Positions 39,299-47,102 of a stretch of DNA of 64,000 nt are shown here, in pieces (position 1 is the first letter of the stretch; every line of letters starts with the position of its first letter). Below the pieces are notes generated by a model. The model was not told where the DNA came from, searched no databases, and worked only from the letters and a program-made list of their open reading frames with translations. The translations under genes and the position numbers were made by a program. The stretch is from a virus (Duplodnaviria; Caudoviricetes), in the IMG/VR virus record IMGVR_UViG_3300033076_001341, positions 63,940 to 127,939 of that record. One strand, given 5' to 3'.

Positions 39299-39619
39299 TT
39301 ATTCGAGGGAATACTTCTTGAAGTGATTTGGACCGATCTCGAAGATGTCATCGAGGTAACCGTCACAGAAGGTGTATACCATATCGAATTGCTCAAACTT
39401 GAGCGTGATGATAAAGTTTAGCTCTGAATACTTGAACATGAAAGCTTTGCTTACAGGTCCGTCAAAAGCGAGTTCGTCAATTAAGCAGGAATCCTCAAAC
39501 GTTGGTACTAGCATACCAGGTTCCTTGCAGTAGTCAATCGGAAATGTCCGAGCGGTGTCAACTGTTTGCGCCTGCAGACTGCAGGTCATCAGACACAGGA
39601 AAGTTAGGATTATTTTCAT
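39299..39619 (-). CDS. hypothetical secreted protein
   Basis: Signal-peptide-like start MKIILTFLCLMTCSLQA. Confidence 0.55.
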   Translation of the reverse strand: MKIILTFLCLMTCSLQAQTVDTARTFPIDYCKEPGMLVPTFEDSCLIDELAFDGPVSKAFMFKYSELNFIITLKFEQFDMVYTFCDGYLDDIFEIGPNHFKKYSLE

Positions 39620-39890
39620 CAAGATTGGGGTTAGAATATTCAATTGATCCTTTGTGTTTGATCCATGGTCCGGAGGGATCGCCTTCTCCATTCCAGGAGT
39701 GGTAAGCATCGAGTGCATCTTTCATGCGTGGATAGCAATAGCGACCTTCATACCCGCTTGCATTCATCCCGTAGACAAGTCCGACGGTAAAGGCAAAGTG
39801 CGAGAGACCGCAGATACCACGACCAGGGATTTCCCGAAAGTCAAAGTACCCTTGTCGGGTGAGGTATTGTTCTAAAGTTGGATTGATCAT
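39558..39890 (-). CDS. hypothetical phage protein
   Basis: GRYCY, W.GEGDP.GPWIKHKG. Confidence 0.6.
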   Translation of the reverse strand: MINPTLEQYLTRQGYFDFREIPGRGICGLSHFAFTVGLVYGMNASGYEGRYCYPRMKDALDAYHSWNGEGDPSGPWIKHKGSIEYSNPNLDENNPNFPVSDDLQSAGANS

Positions 39891-39936
39891 AGGAGTAAAA
39901 ATAAACGATTGACCTATACATCGTGAGGTGTGGAAC

Positions 39937-40167
39937 TTACCTGGCTGATCCGAATGAACGGGTCACCCACTCAGCGCGATCTTCGCGTGTAACAACAATG
40001 CGGTACTGATTGCGTACGCCCTGAAGCATGAGCTTTTCCTGCTTATGCTGGTCGCTGATGTTGTTGGCGATCCAGTCAGCAAGTGCTGTTACATTGGAGA
40101 AAGCGAGTTCTGAAGACTGCGAAGCAACCACGTTGCTGGTCTTGCGTTTGCGTTTTAGAATTTTCAT
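39937..40167 (-). CDS. hypothetical protein
   Basis: Probable start MKILK. Confidence 0.5.
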   Translation of the reverse strand: MKILKRKRKTSNVVASQSSELAFSNVTALADWIANNISDQHKQEKLMLQGVRNQYRIVVTREDRAEWVTRSFGSAR

Positions 40168-40189
40168 ATGCGAGTTAATTAATGGTTTG

Positions 40190-40257
40190 CTCCCCGTGAG
40201 TGATTCGAACACACCCTCCGTCGTTGCTGACTTTGGTTCCTTAAATTATTACGGGGA
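40190..40257 (-). ncRNA. degenerate tRNA-like element (acceptor + T arm, no D arm)
   Basis: TCCCCGT/ACGGGGA acceptor; GTGTG-TTCGAAT-CACTC T arm. Confidence 0.45.
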
Positions 40258-40289
40258 AGTTGACATGTTTTATGAGATGTCATCTCTTG

Positions 40290-40371
40290 TGATGTAGACA
40301 GGAATCGAACCTGCACAACTTGCGTTACTGCCACCTGAAGACAGCGCGTCTACCAATTCCGCCACTACACC
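40290..40371 (-). tRNA. trnL: tRNA-Leu(CAG)
   Basis: GGTGTAG/CTACATC-A; D arm TGGCGGAATTGGTAGACGC; CTGTC-TTCAGGT-GGCAG; long variable arm; GCAGG-TTCGATT-CCTGT. Confidence 0.9.
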
Positions 40372-40421
40372 AGTAACTGAGTACAGGGTGTACCCCATAC
40401 TCAGTAATTAGTTTGATTTGT

Positions 40422-40850
40422 TTACTTCACCAACTCCAGCTCTTCGATCTTGGGGATGTCGCTGAGTTTCTTCTTCTTAGCAACAACTTTGACCTTGGCT
40501 TTGGTCTGGTTCTCAATACGATCTACTGCAGTGGAGATTCGGTACATGTCAACTCTTATGTCGTTGATCTTGTCAGTCATCCGGAGCTGTAACTGTACAC
40601 TCTCATGAATTACGTCACAAATTCCTTTGGTGATCTCTGCATTGTCTTTATGCTGACGATCACTTACCAGGATACTGTAATTACTCTGCAGCAGAAACAA
40701 TCCGAAGAATGCATTGGTGCAAGAGATGATGGTCAAAGTTAATGCCGCGTGTTTGTCTGAAGTAATTTCATCGACGAACAATAGCACGACATAACATAAC
40801 AACGTGTAGACGAACAACACGATGTTCTCAAGGGATACGAATTTTTTCAT
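40422..40850 (-). CDS. membrane protein
   Basis: Two TM segments then a coiled coil. Confidence 0.6.
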   Translation of the reverse strand: MKKFVSLENIVLFVYTLLCYVVLLFVDEITSDKHAALTLTIISCTNAFFGLFLLQSNYSILVSDRQHKDNAEITKGICDVIHESVQLQLRMTDKINDIRVDMYRISTAVDRIENQTKAKVKVVAKKKKLSDIPKIEELELVK

Positions 40851-40882
40851 AAGTGTATTGGATGTTTGTTTGTTTACGTGGG

Positions 40883-41194
40883 TCATTCAAAGTCAATAGA
40901 ACCGATGGCAACCAGGGTTTTATTGAAGTGATAGATAAAGTCAGTCTTACTGATTGTAATGAAGTGAAAGCTCTCCATCCATTGGTTGATAGCAAAGGTG
41001 TTTCGATGGACGCTCCAAAGTTTGGTTCGCAGATTAACCCGGACACCGATATAGCGTATGGTTGCCGGAGAATAGATCTGACGAGGTCTTAAAGGCTGGT
41101 CTGTAGCGATATAGTACTCATCATTTGGCTTTCCAATGGTAGAAAGCTGGTAGAAATGCTGCATGTTGACGTTGTCAAAGTCAAACGCTTTCAT
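40883..41194 (-). CDS. hypothetical protein
   Basis: ORF track. Confidence 0.5.
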   Translation of the reverse strand: MKAFDFDNVNMQHFYQLSTIGKPNDEYYIATDQPLRPRQIYSPATIRYIGVRVNLRTKLWSVHRNTFAINQWMESFHFITISKTDFIYHFNKTLVAIGSIDFE

Positions 41195-41618
41195 AAGGAC
41201 AGATCAATACGTGTGAGGCATCGATTTCCATCTCCCGGAGGAAAGCAGCAATCTCTTGGTCATTGTCATATTCATTGATAGAGAGAGAACTCTTAAGCTT
41301 CTGATAAACCAGGCATGTGGTATCATACACCTTGGCATTGGTCTTTTCCAGCGCGAGATACCCTTTGTTTCTACTAACGATAAGATCTACCGGCTGTTTA
41401 CAGAAGAGCAGGTGCTTACAGACAAGGGTATTATCTTCTTTGGCTTGTAGCACAGCAATGGTAGCACCCTTGGGATACGTGGCGAACACGCTTGTCTCGT
41501 CGGTGTTTACTTCCACAATGACGTCCCTGGTGTAGGCGTCGTCGAGGGTGACAACGGCATTGTCATAGTGCTTGATGACAGGCAATACCTGGAGCATTTT
41601 AATGATTTGTTCTTTCAT
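41181..41618 (-). CDS. hypothetical protein
   Basis: ORF track. Confidence 0.6.
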   Translation of the reverse strand: MKEQIIKMLQVLPVIKHYDNAVVTLDDAYTRDVIVEVNTDETSVFATYPKGATIAVLQAKEDNTLVCKHLLFCKQPVDLIVSRNKGYLALEKTNAKVYDTTCLVYQKLKSSLSINEYDNDQEIAAFLREMEIDASHVLICPYESV

Positions 41619-41648
41619 GGCTTATTGGTTACATGTTGAGGTGTTTAG

Positions 41649-41731
41649 TAGTCAGGACAGGTACTGCCCCTGTTGCTTGGTCTTTTGCCTTTGCAGACGT
41701 CACCCACGAGTTACTTTTACTCTACCTGACT
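41649..41731 (-). ncRNA. tRNA-like RNA with a GCAA tetraloop hairpin instead of an anticodon loop and a GGCAGTA T loop
   Basis: AGTCAGG/CCTGACT-A acceptor; GAGT/ACTC D stem; ACAGG-GGCAGTA-CCTGT. Confidence 0.65.
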
Positions 41732-41892
41732 AGATAATCATTTGGTCTTCTTCGGTTGTTTTGGTCTGTCCGTTATTTTCTCAGCGAAATAGCAGAATAA
41801 CGTGATGGAAAAACAAAACAGTTTGTAAAAGACATAGCAACCGAGTGCTGTTAGGATTACATGCATATACAGATGTTTAGTTGGTTACTGAT

Positions 41893-42441
41893 TTAGAAAG
41901 GTAAAACGGAGTGCTCATCCTTCAGGAGAGCTAAAGGATTACTCATACCCATGTTTACAGCAATGTCTGCAAGATCTTGCGCATGCTTTATCATGTAAGG
42001 AGTGTGTGCTTTAGAGTTACTTACATACTGGCGTTTGGCTTCAATAGCAAACATGGGTCTTTGAATACGTATGTACAGATGATGCCCCGCTGAGATTGCG
42101 TATCTATGTTCGTAATCATACACGATCTGTTCTACGGGCACCTTAAACACACAGATCTTGATGTCTTTGTACATGCAAGCAGTGCGTTGGATCTTGTTAC
42201 CAAACACATCTGTAGAGACATCACTCAATGAACTCAGGTCTGTTGCTAACTCTACACCTGGCAGTCTTTCTAAGAACTTTGTGATAGACAGGTAATTAGG
42301 AATAAGAACGTCCACGTCATTGGGTTCTCTTTTAATCAGACCCCGATAATACAGCATCAGACTACCACCTATAATCGCAAGTGGCATCTGCAGGGTAAGT
42401 TTTTTGACTAATTCGTCGAGATGTAGTTTATTTAAAGACAT
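41893..42441 (-). CDS. nucleotidyltransferase-like protein (Pol-beta superfamily motif)
   Basis: IIGGSLML...REPNDVDV (GS + DxD); C-terminal KHAQDL. Confidence 0.6.
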   Translation of the reverse strand: MSLNKLHLDELVKKLTLQMPLAIIGGSLMLYYRGLIKREPNDVDVLIPNYLSITKFLERLPGVELATDLSSLSDVSTDVFGNKIQRTACMYKDIKICVFKVPVEQIVYDYEHRYAISAGHHLYIRIQRPMFAIEAKRQYVSNSKAHTPYMIKHAQDLADIAVNMGMSNPLALLKDEHSVLPF

Positions 42442-42470
42442 GATGTTTCGTTATTAGGTACATGGTAATC

Positions 42471-42704
42471 CCCTCTGCACTCAAGTTGTAATCCTCGGCT
42501 ATACCGTAGACATATATTCTAGCTTCAGTCTGCAGTTTTAAAACGCTGTCTCTAGATTACAACTTGCTCACCCTTGGGAGACTGATTAAAGACTGCTATC
42601 TGCCGCAGTATGCTTACACTTAATCAGTGTGGTTTCACATCTCAAGGTTATCTACATTGGAGAGCCCTGAGAAGTCTTCATATCCACGTGAGAATGGTGC
42701 ATTA
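42471..42704 (-). ncRNA. twister ribozyme (P1-type) with a 107-nt insertion
   Basis: UAA-UGCA-CC ... P4 CUCAC/GUGAG, L4 UCCCAAGG, P5 AAGUUGUAAUC/GAUUACAACUU, UGCA-GA-GGG; T1 CCC:GGG, T2 CC:GG; P1 weak. Confidence 0.7.
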
Positions 42705-42760
42705 ATGCTCGTCTTTCCGAGCTGTCAACCAGTGTTCATGTAAAATGCTCTTGGCTTTCG

Positions 42761-42866
42761 TAGTCAGGACAGGATTCGAACCTGTAATCATGGATATGGT
42801 ATCTACGGTGGATTACCCGCCTCACCTCACCACTTATCCTTGCGTCTACCATTCCGCCACCTGACT
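42761..42866 (-). ncRNA. 106-nt tRNA-Leu-like RNA with an extended, anticodon-less arm
   Basis: AGTCAGG/CCTGACT-A; Leu-type D arm TGGCGGAATGGTAGACGC; ACAGG-TTCGAAT-CCTGT; GGATA..TGGT/ACCATATCC long arm. Confidence 0.75.
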
Positions 42867-42885
42867 ATGTTATGTAACTGTTTGA

Positions 42886-43230
42886 TTAGTTTCTGCAAAG
42901 CAGACCGTAAGCATGGATGATTGTGTATGGCATACCGCGATCATTCAATACTTTTATTGTTTCTGGCAAGTCCTCACCTTTTGCTATAGTAGGTTCATTT
43001 AATCTGGAATAGATGATGCTGAGTGCATACGCAGTGTTTTCATCAAACGCTTGTATTTTACAATCTGACGGGCCGGGTATTTCGCCGTTTCTCCACACAA
43101 TGCCTTTTTCCTGAAAAAGCATCATAAGCTGTTGAGCATAGAACTGACGATCACAAGGAATGATGATGAATTTGATCTTTTTATTCATCAGATCGTCAAT
43201 AAGGGTTTGCAGTATATCTAACGGTTTCAT
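42886..43230 (-). CDS. hypothetical protein
   Basis: Probable start MKPLD. Confidence 0.55.
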   Translation of the reverse strand: MKPLDILQTLIDDLMNKKIKFIIIPCDRQFYAQQLMMLFQEKGIVWRNGEIPGPSDCKIQAFDENTAYALSIIYSRLNEPTIAKGEDLPETIKVLNDRGMPYTIIHAYGLLCRN

Positions 43231-43285
43231 AGTTCTGGTTATTGAGGACAAGGTAAAGGGAGCTGTTACACTCCCTTGTTACAAA

Positions 43286-43738
43286 TTAGATGTACATGGA
43301 AACGATCTTGTTAACGAACTCTTCAGAGGTAGTAGAACATTCTGCGAAAGCAGCTTCAACAAGGATGTTGTTAGCAATGTCTTTAGTACAAGGTACACTT
43401 TGACATCTGGCAGATACACTTATATTTGATGGATCATACCTATAACGAGTGGTGCTTGCACTTGTGTAAACATTCTCTTTCTCGTACTTTTTGTCGAATT
43501 GCTCGCGCTTTTTCTCAAACTTATCGATCAAGTCGTTAAGTTCATTACGTTTGGCGCTGATGTCTTCAATCAGTTTAGTTAACTCTTTGAAGTCTTTAGA
43601 TTCTTCAAGTTTGCTAGTCTTCGCTTTTCTTGCTTCGTCATTGGATTTTTCAATCCTCGCTTGTACCTGCCCTGCAAGTGCTTCAGCGAGCGTTTTGGTG
43701 ATTTTAATACCTGTGGTTTTCATGGATGTATTTTTCAT
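43286..43738 (-). CDS. hypothetical coiled-coil protein
   Basis: Start at ATG 43738 or 43723. Confidence 0.65.
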   Translation of the reverse strand: MKNTSMKTTGIKITKTLAEALAGQVQARIEKSNDEARKAKTSKLEESKDFKELTKLIEDISAKRNELNDLIDKFEKKREQFDKKYEKENVYTSASTTRYRYDPSNISVSARCQSVPCTKDIANNILVEAAFAECSTTSEEFVNKIVSMYI

Positions 43739-43795
43739 ACCTGCATTACTGCAACGCACTAGACCTAAATGCTGTTTATACTCGTCTAGTCGAGT
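43736..43795 (-). ncRNA. pistol ribozyme
   Basis: ACUCG-ACUAGA-CGAGU-AUAAA-CAG-CAU-UUAGG-UCUAGU-GCG-UUGCA-GUAA-UGCAG-GU-AUG: P1, 6-bp pseudoknot, AUAAA linker, GCG, P3, GU cleavage site, P2 CAU/AUG. Confidence 0.85.
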
Positions 43796-43809
43796 TGGTT
43801 AATCAATGT

Positions 43810-44137
43810 GGTGCATTAAAGTAATTCAATTGTAATACAAGGCTTGTTGATCTATCTTGTATTTCGACACATTCATTTCCCCATAGTGTCTGATGAGGTA
43901 ATGGAGAATTATTACTTGCTGAGTAAACCCAGCATCGTCCATTTTTTTTATCTAGCACCTTTATCCTGTCTTTGCATTAGCTACTGCAAATGAGAATTGG
44001 GTTACAATTGTTTACTACACTCTGCATTCAGTTGTACTATGTAGGATTTGAACCTAACTGTTTCCACTACTTACATGCTTTACAGCATTGAGCCTAGTAC
44101 AACTGCCTACCCTTGTGAAGTAGGTTGTGATGCATTA
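43810..44137 (-). ncRNA. twister ribozyme with two possible cleavage strands (P1-type, or permuted with a long P1)
   Basis: P4 CCUAC/GUAGG, L4 UCACAAGG, P5 AGUUGUACUA/UAGUACAACU, UGCA-GA-GUG; UAAUGCAUC at 44137 and UAAUGCACC at 43818; AGUAA/UUACU and CAAUUGUAA/UUACAAUUG stems. Confidence 0.75.
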
Positions 44138-44920
44138 CTTATTTGATTACCCGACAAGCGCGGGGTGTGTTTCACTTTCCCTTCAAGAACTAGAGAGAGA
44201 GTAAAGAACATACATAGAGAGAGAGAACAATACTCTAGAGAGAGATATACTAACTCTACCCTATAAGAGTAACACTACTTATCACTACCCAATCATGCTA
44301 CCCAAACGATCTACTCGTACATACGAAACAATCGTAAGAGATGTCTCTCGTACTAGTTGTTAGCCATCTAATGCAACCGCCCCTTGAGACGCAATAGTGC
44401 AGTTGTGCTGTTGGTGTAAAGGGTAAGAAAGGGTGTGTTGGGATGTCACTCTCGCTCTATCACGCTCACTAATAATTAGTTAGCGTTATGATTTTTACTG
44501 CGTAAACTCGACGGATGCCGTATATAGACGGATACTGTCCGGTAAATCCACGTAGTGGACTCAACACTGCACAAGTAAACTCAATTAAGTGAGTGGGGCG
44601 AAGCCCCACGAACCTAGATGCGTGTAACATTCTTGACGTGTACGAGTCCGAGACTACACCGACGAGCGGCTGTGCAGGGTAGTGAGTCGTGAAACAGTCG
44701 TTTTCTAAGTGATTGATAATCAATGACGGAGTCAGGATTTCCCTAGAGAGAGTATCAAGACAAGTCTACTCTCCTGGAACGTACTCCGACAACAGGCTGC
44801 GCCGGGTAGGTGACTCGACTGTTCCGCTTGCGCGGCGCGACAATGGGTGCTGCCGTCAGGTTAAAAGAAACCCGAACGCAGTGAGGACCTTTTTGATAGA
44901 GACGAAAGAGAAGGGAGCGA

Positions 44921-45115
44921 TTAAGCTCCCTTGTTTCGTAGGTTCAGCGCTGCTACCCCTCCGATCACTGTATACGCTCCTATTGTAAAAATGAGTAGCG
45001 TGTACTGAAAAGAGTCCCAGCTCTGAGAGAGAGTGAGTCGAGTAACCGAAATCACTGCGATAGCGCTCCACACGAACAGCGCGAGTGAAGCGTAGAATTT
45101 AAAACCTTTTTTCAT
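44921..45115 (-). CDS. small membrane protein
   Basis: Start MKKGF; two TM segments. Confidence 0.55.
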   Translation of the reverse strand: MKKGFKFYASLALFVWSAIAVISVTRLTLSQSWDSFQYTLLIFTIGAYTVIGGVAALNLRNKGA

Positions 45116-45116
45116 G

Positions 45117-45317
45117 TCAGAAGTTTTGAGTGGTGTTTTCGGTCTTTTGAATCTCAATGATGCGTGTCATGAGAATAACGATAGCGATCATGACGATCTC
45201 TGTAGCGAAGACCGCTTCGATGTTGGTCGTTGCGTTTTCCAGTTCACCTGGAAAAACGAATACTAAAGCGATGATGGCAAGTGCACGCAGCACTCGAGCG
45301 AAGGTGATTGGTTTCAT
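45117..45317 (-). CDS. small membrane protein
   Basis: Two TM segments. Confidence 0.55.
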   Translation of the reverse strand: MKPITFARVLRALAIIALVFVFPGELENATTNIEAVFATEIVMIAIVILMTRIIEIQKTENTTQNF

Positions 45318-45445
45318 GGTGTAGATTGATTATTAGTGTAAACATGACGTGGCAGAAGTAACCTTGACTTTTAGGAGCAAGACGTAGTCTTGTGACGTGT
45401 GATCAAAGAGAAGCACTCACCCCGAAGGGTAAGTGCTGTTGCTCT

Positions 45446-45814
45446 TTAGTCCAAGTCAGCGTCGTCTTCGACTTCGACTTTCGCACGTGTTTGAACGGGA
45501 CGTGCTACGTTGCTGGTGAAAGCTTGTAGCGCAGCTTTCTCGATGAAGTCCATTGGAGGATTCAGGTTGAAGTAGCTGGTGTCGCGCTTGACGTTGTAGT
45601 CGAAGGTCAGCTCCGCAGTTGCGTAGAGATCCGGCGAATAGAACGTTTCAGCATCGCGACCGCCCGAAGTGCTCATCTCGGTGTAGTTCTCGTGAAAGAA
45701 GTCCATCTCCGCTTGCGCAGTTTTGGGGTCACGAGAAAGTGATGATACGCGATACGCGTAGTTTCCGTTGCGAGTCTTACGTACGAAGGTCGCCTTGAGT
45801 TTCAAATCTTTCAT
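45446..45814 (-). CDS. hypothetical protein (first gene of the minus-strand arm)
   Basis: 122-aa ORF, acidic tail, followed by a hairpin. Confidence 0.7.
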   Translation of the reverse strand: MKDLKLKATFVRKTRNGNYAYRVSSLSRDPKTAQAEMDFFHENYTEMSTSGGRDAETFYSPDLYATAELTFDYNVKRDTSYFNLNPPMDFIEKAALQAFTSNVARPVQTRAKVEVEDDADLD

Positions 45815-45940
45815 AACTGTATCTATTTAATTGGTGTAGACCCAACGCTGCTGAAGTCACCTCATCAACTAAAAGGCGTAGCCTTTTTGTTACTCAACTC
45901 ACCACCCGAAGTGTGCCGCAACGAAGCGTAGCGTAGTTGC

Positions 45941-46154
45941 AAACACCGGGGGTGGGCGGAAGTCTACTCGGACGGGGGGACGTAGTCGCTAGGTGGTCCC
46001 AACAATCTCTCCCTCAGTGTGAGTCGATTTACCGGAAGACAACACCAAAAAAAATTCCACGCTCAAAAAAAACGGGGTGCACAACAACCACGGGGGGTAG
46101 ACACATGGTGGGACAAGTACGGGGGGTATTGAGTAAGCGATAAACACCCGGGGG
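45941..46154. repeat. CG(4-6) G-tract repeats at the strand switch
   Basis: G runs begin at 45948, 45974, 46074, 46092, 46121 and 46150; the last three are 29 bp apart. Confidence 0.75.
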
Positions 46155-46202
46155 ATGACTATATATTTTTCAAAAACGCGTATATTATACTTACCACAAG
46201 TC

Positions 46203-46361
46203 ATGAGTAAATCCAAGAAACCTAGTCCAAAAACCAAGTCCGTCACTGAGGCGGATCAAATCCAGGAGGAGATAGCAAAACATCTCCCAAACAATAAGTA
46301 CAAATCTCTACTGCTGACATGCTGGCGTCTACTGAACAGTATTAAAAAGATCCTTAAATAA
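46203..46361 (+). CDS. small basic protein
   Basis: ATG at 46203 just after CGTATATTATA. Confidence 0.5.
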   Translation: MSKSKKPSPKTKSVTEADQIQEEIAKHLPNNKYKSLLLTCWRLLNSIKKILK

Positions 46362-46378
46362 TTAATCACTCTACTCCC

Positions 46379-46669
46379 ATGTCTGCAAAGAAAACTGTTA
46401 GCGCATCTGCTAACCCTCTACCCATTTCCTTCGAGCAGTTCCGGAAGAACCCTGTTGCAGGGGTTGCATTCCTGGCGCTCGTAGGTGTATCCTACCTGTA
46501 CTACGACGTGAAGTCTAGCTACACTGAACAACTGGAAAACTCCAACAAGAAGATCGAGGCGCTGGACGTCAAGATTGACAAGCTGGGGTATGCCCTGAAG
46601 AAGTCTGACAGCGCATTGGCGGCTGCCATCACTGAACTACGTATCATTAACACCGTCAAGAAGCTATGA
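46379..46669 (+). CDS. membrane protein (TM + coiled coil)
   Basis: VAGVAFLALVGVSYLYY then heptad repeats. Confidence 0.7.
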   Translation: MSAKKTVSASANPLPISFEQFRKNPVAGVAFLALVGVSYLYYDVKSSYTEQLENSNKKIEALDVKIDKLGYALKKSDSALAAAITELRIINTVKKL

Positions 46670-47100
46670 GGTACCTGATCATTGCATTCTGCATGTTCCT
46701 GGCAGCGGTGGAGATCGCCTTTCCGGTGGGTGCGGTTGCCACTCCGCCCATCGATGAGATCGAAGCAATGCTGAAGCGTGTGGAGGGAAACCTGCGCCAG
46801 GCATCTGCGGTGGTGAGTGTGGCAAAAGCCAAGGGAGAAAAACTCGTTGAATCCAAGGTCGAAGAAAAAGCTGAACTCCAGGAAGCGGTGGTTGCCGCTG
46901 AGCAGAAAGTGGAAGCACTCGAAGCCGTGCAGGAGGTCTTTGTTGCCAAGATGGTAGCAGCCGGTGTTGATACCACCATGACAGAGACAGCTGTTGAGAA
47001 CGACGTGTTCAACGGTCCCATGTATCAGTCCTTCCTGGAATATCAGAAAAATGGAGGAACCGAAGACTTCGGATACTTCCGCTTATACATTTACAAATAA
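46666..47100 (+). CDS. secreted/anchored coiled-coil protein
   Basis: N-terminal hydrophobic helix, A/E/V-rich coil. Confidence 0.65.
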   Translation: MRYLIIAFCMFLAAVEIAFPVGAVATPPIDEIEAMLKRVEGNLRQASAVVSVAKAKGEKLVESKVEEKAELQEAVVAAEQKVEALEAVQEVFVAKMVAAGVDTTMTETAVENDVFNGPMYQSFLEYQKNGGTEDFGYFRLYIYK

Positions 47101-47102
47101 CC

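Noticed and set aside
42629-42687. Hammerhead inside the twister-1 insert (AUGAAGA...GAAAC)
   Set aside because: No C3, no properly placed NUH and no stem I; kept only as an unknown domain
43835-43920. Hammerhead ribozyme (CTGATGAG on +; stem-GAAA-stem on -)
   Set aside because: On + there is no GAAA after stem II; on - the core reads CUCAUCA rather than CUGANGA
44365-44410. Third twister-like fragment (UGCA..UCUCAAGG..UGCA on -)
   Set aside because: Lacks the UAA cleavage strand and the GA/T1 segment
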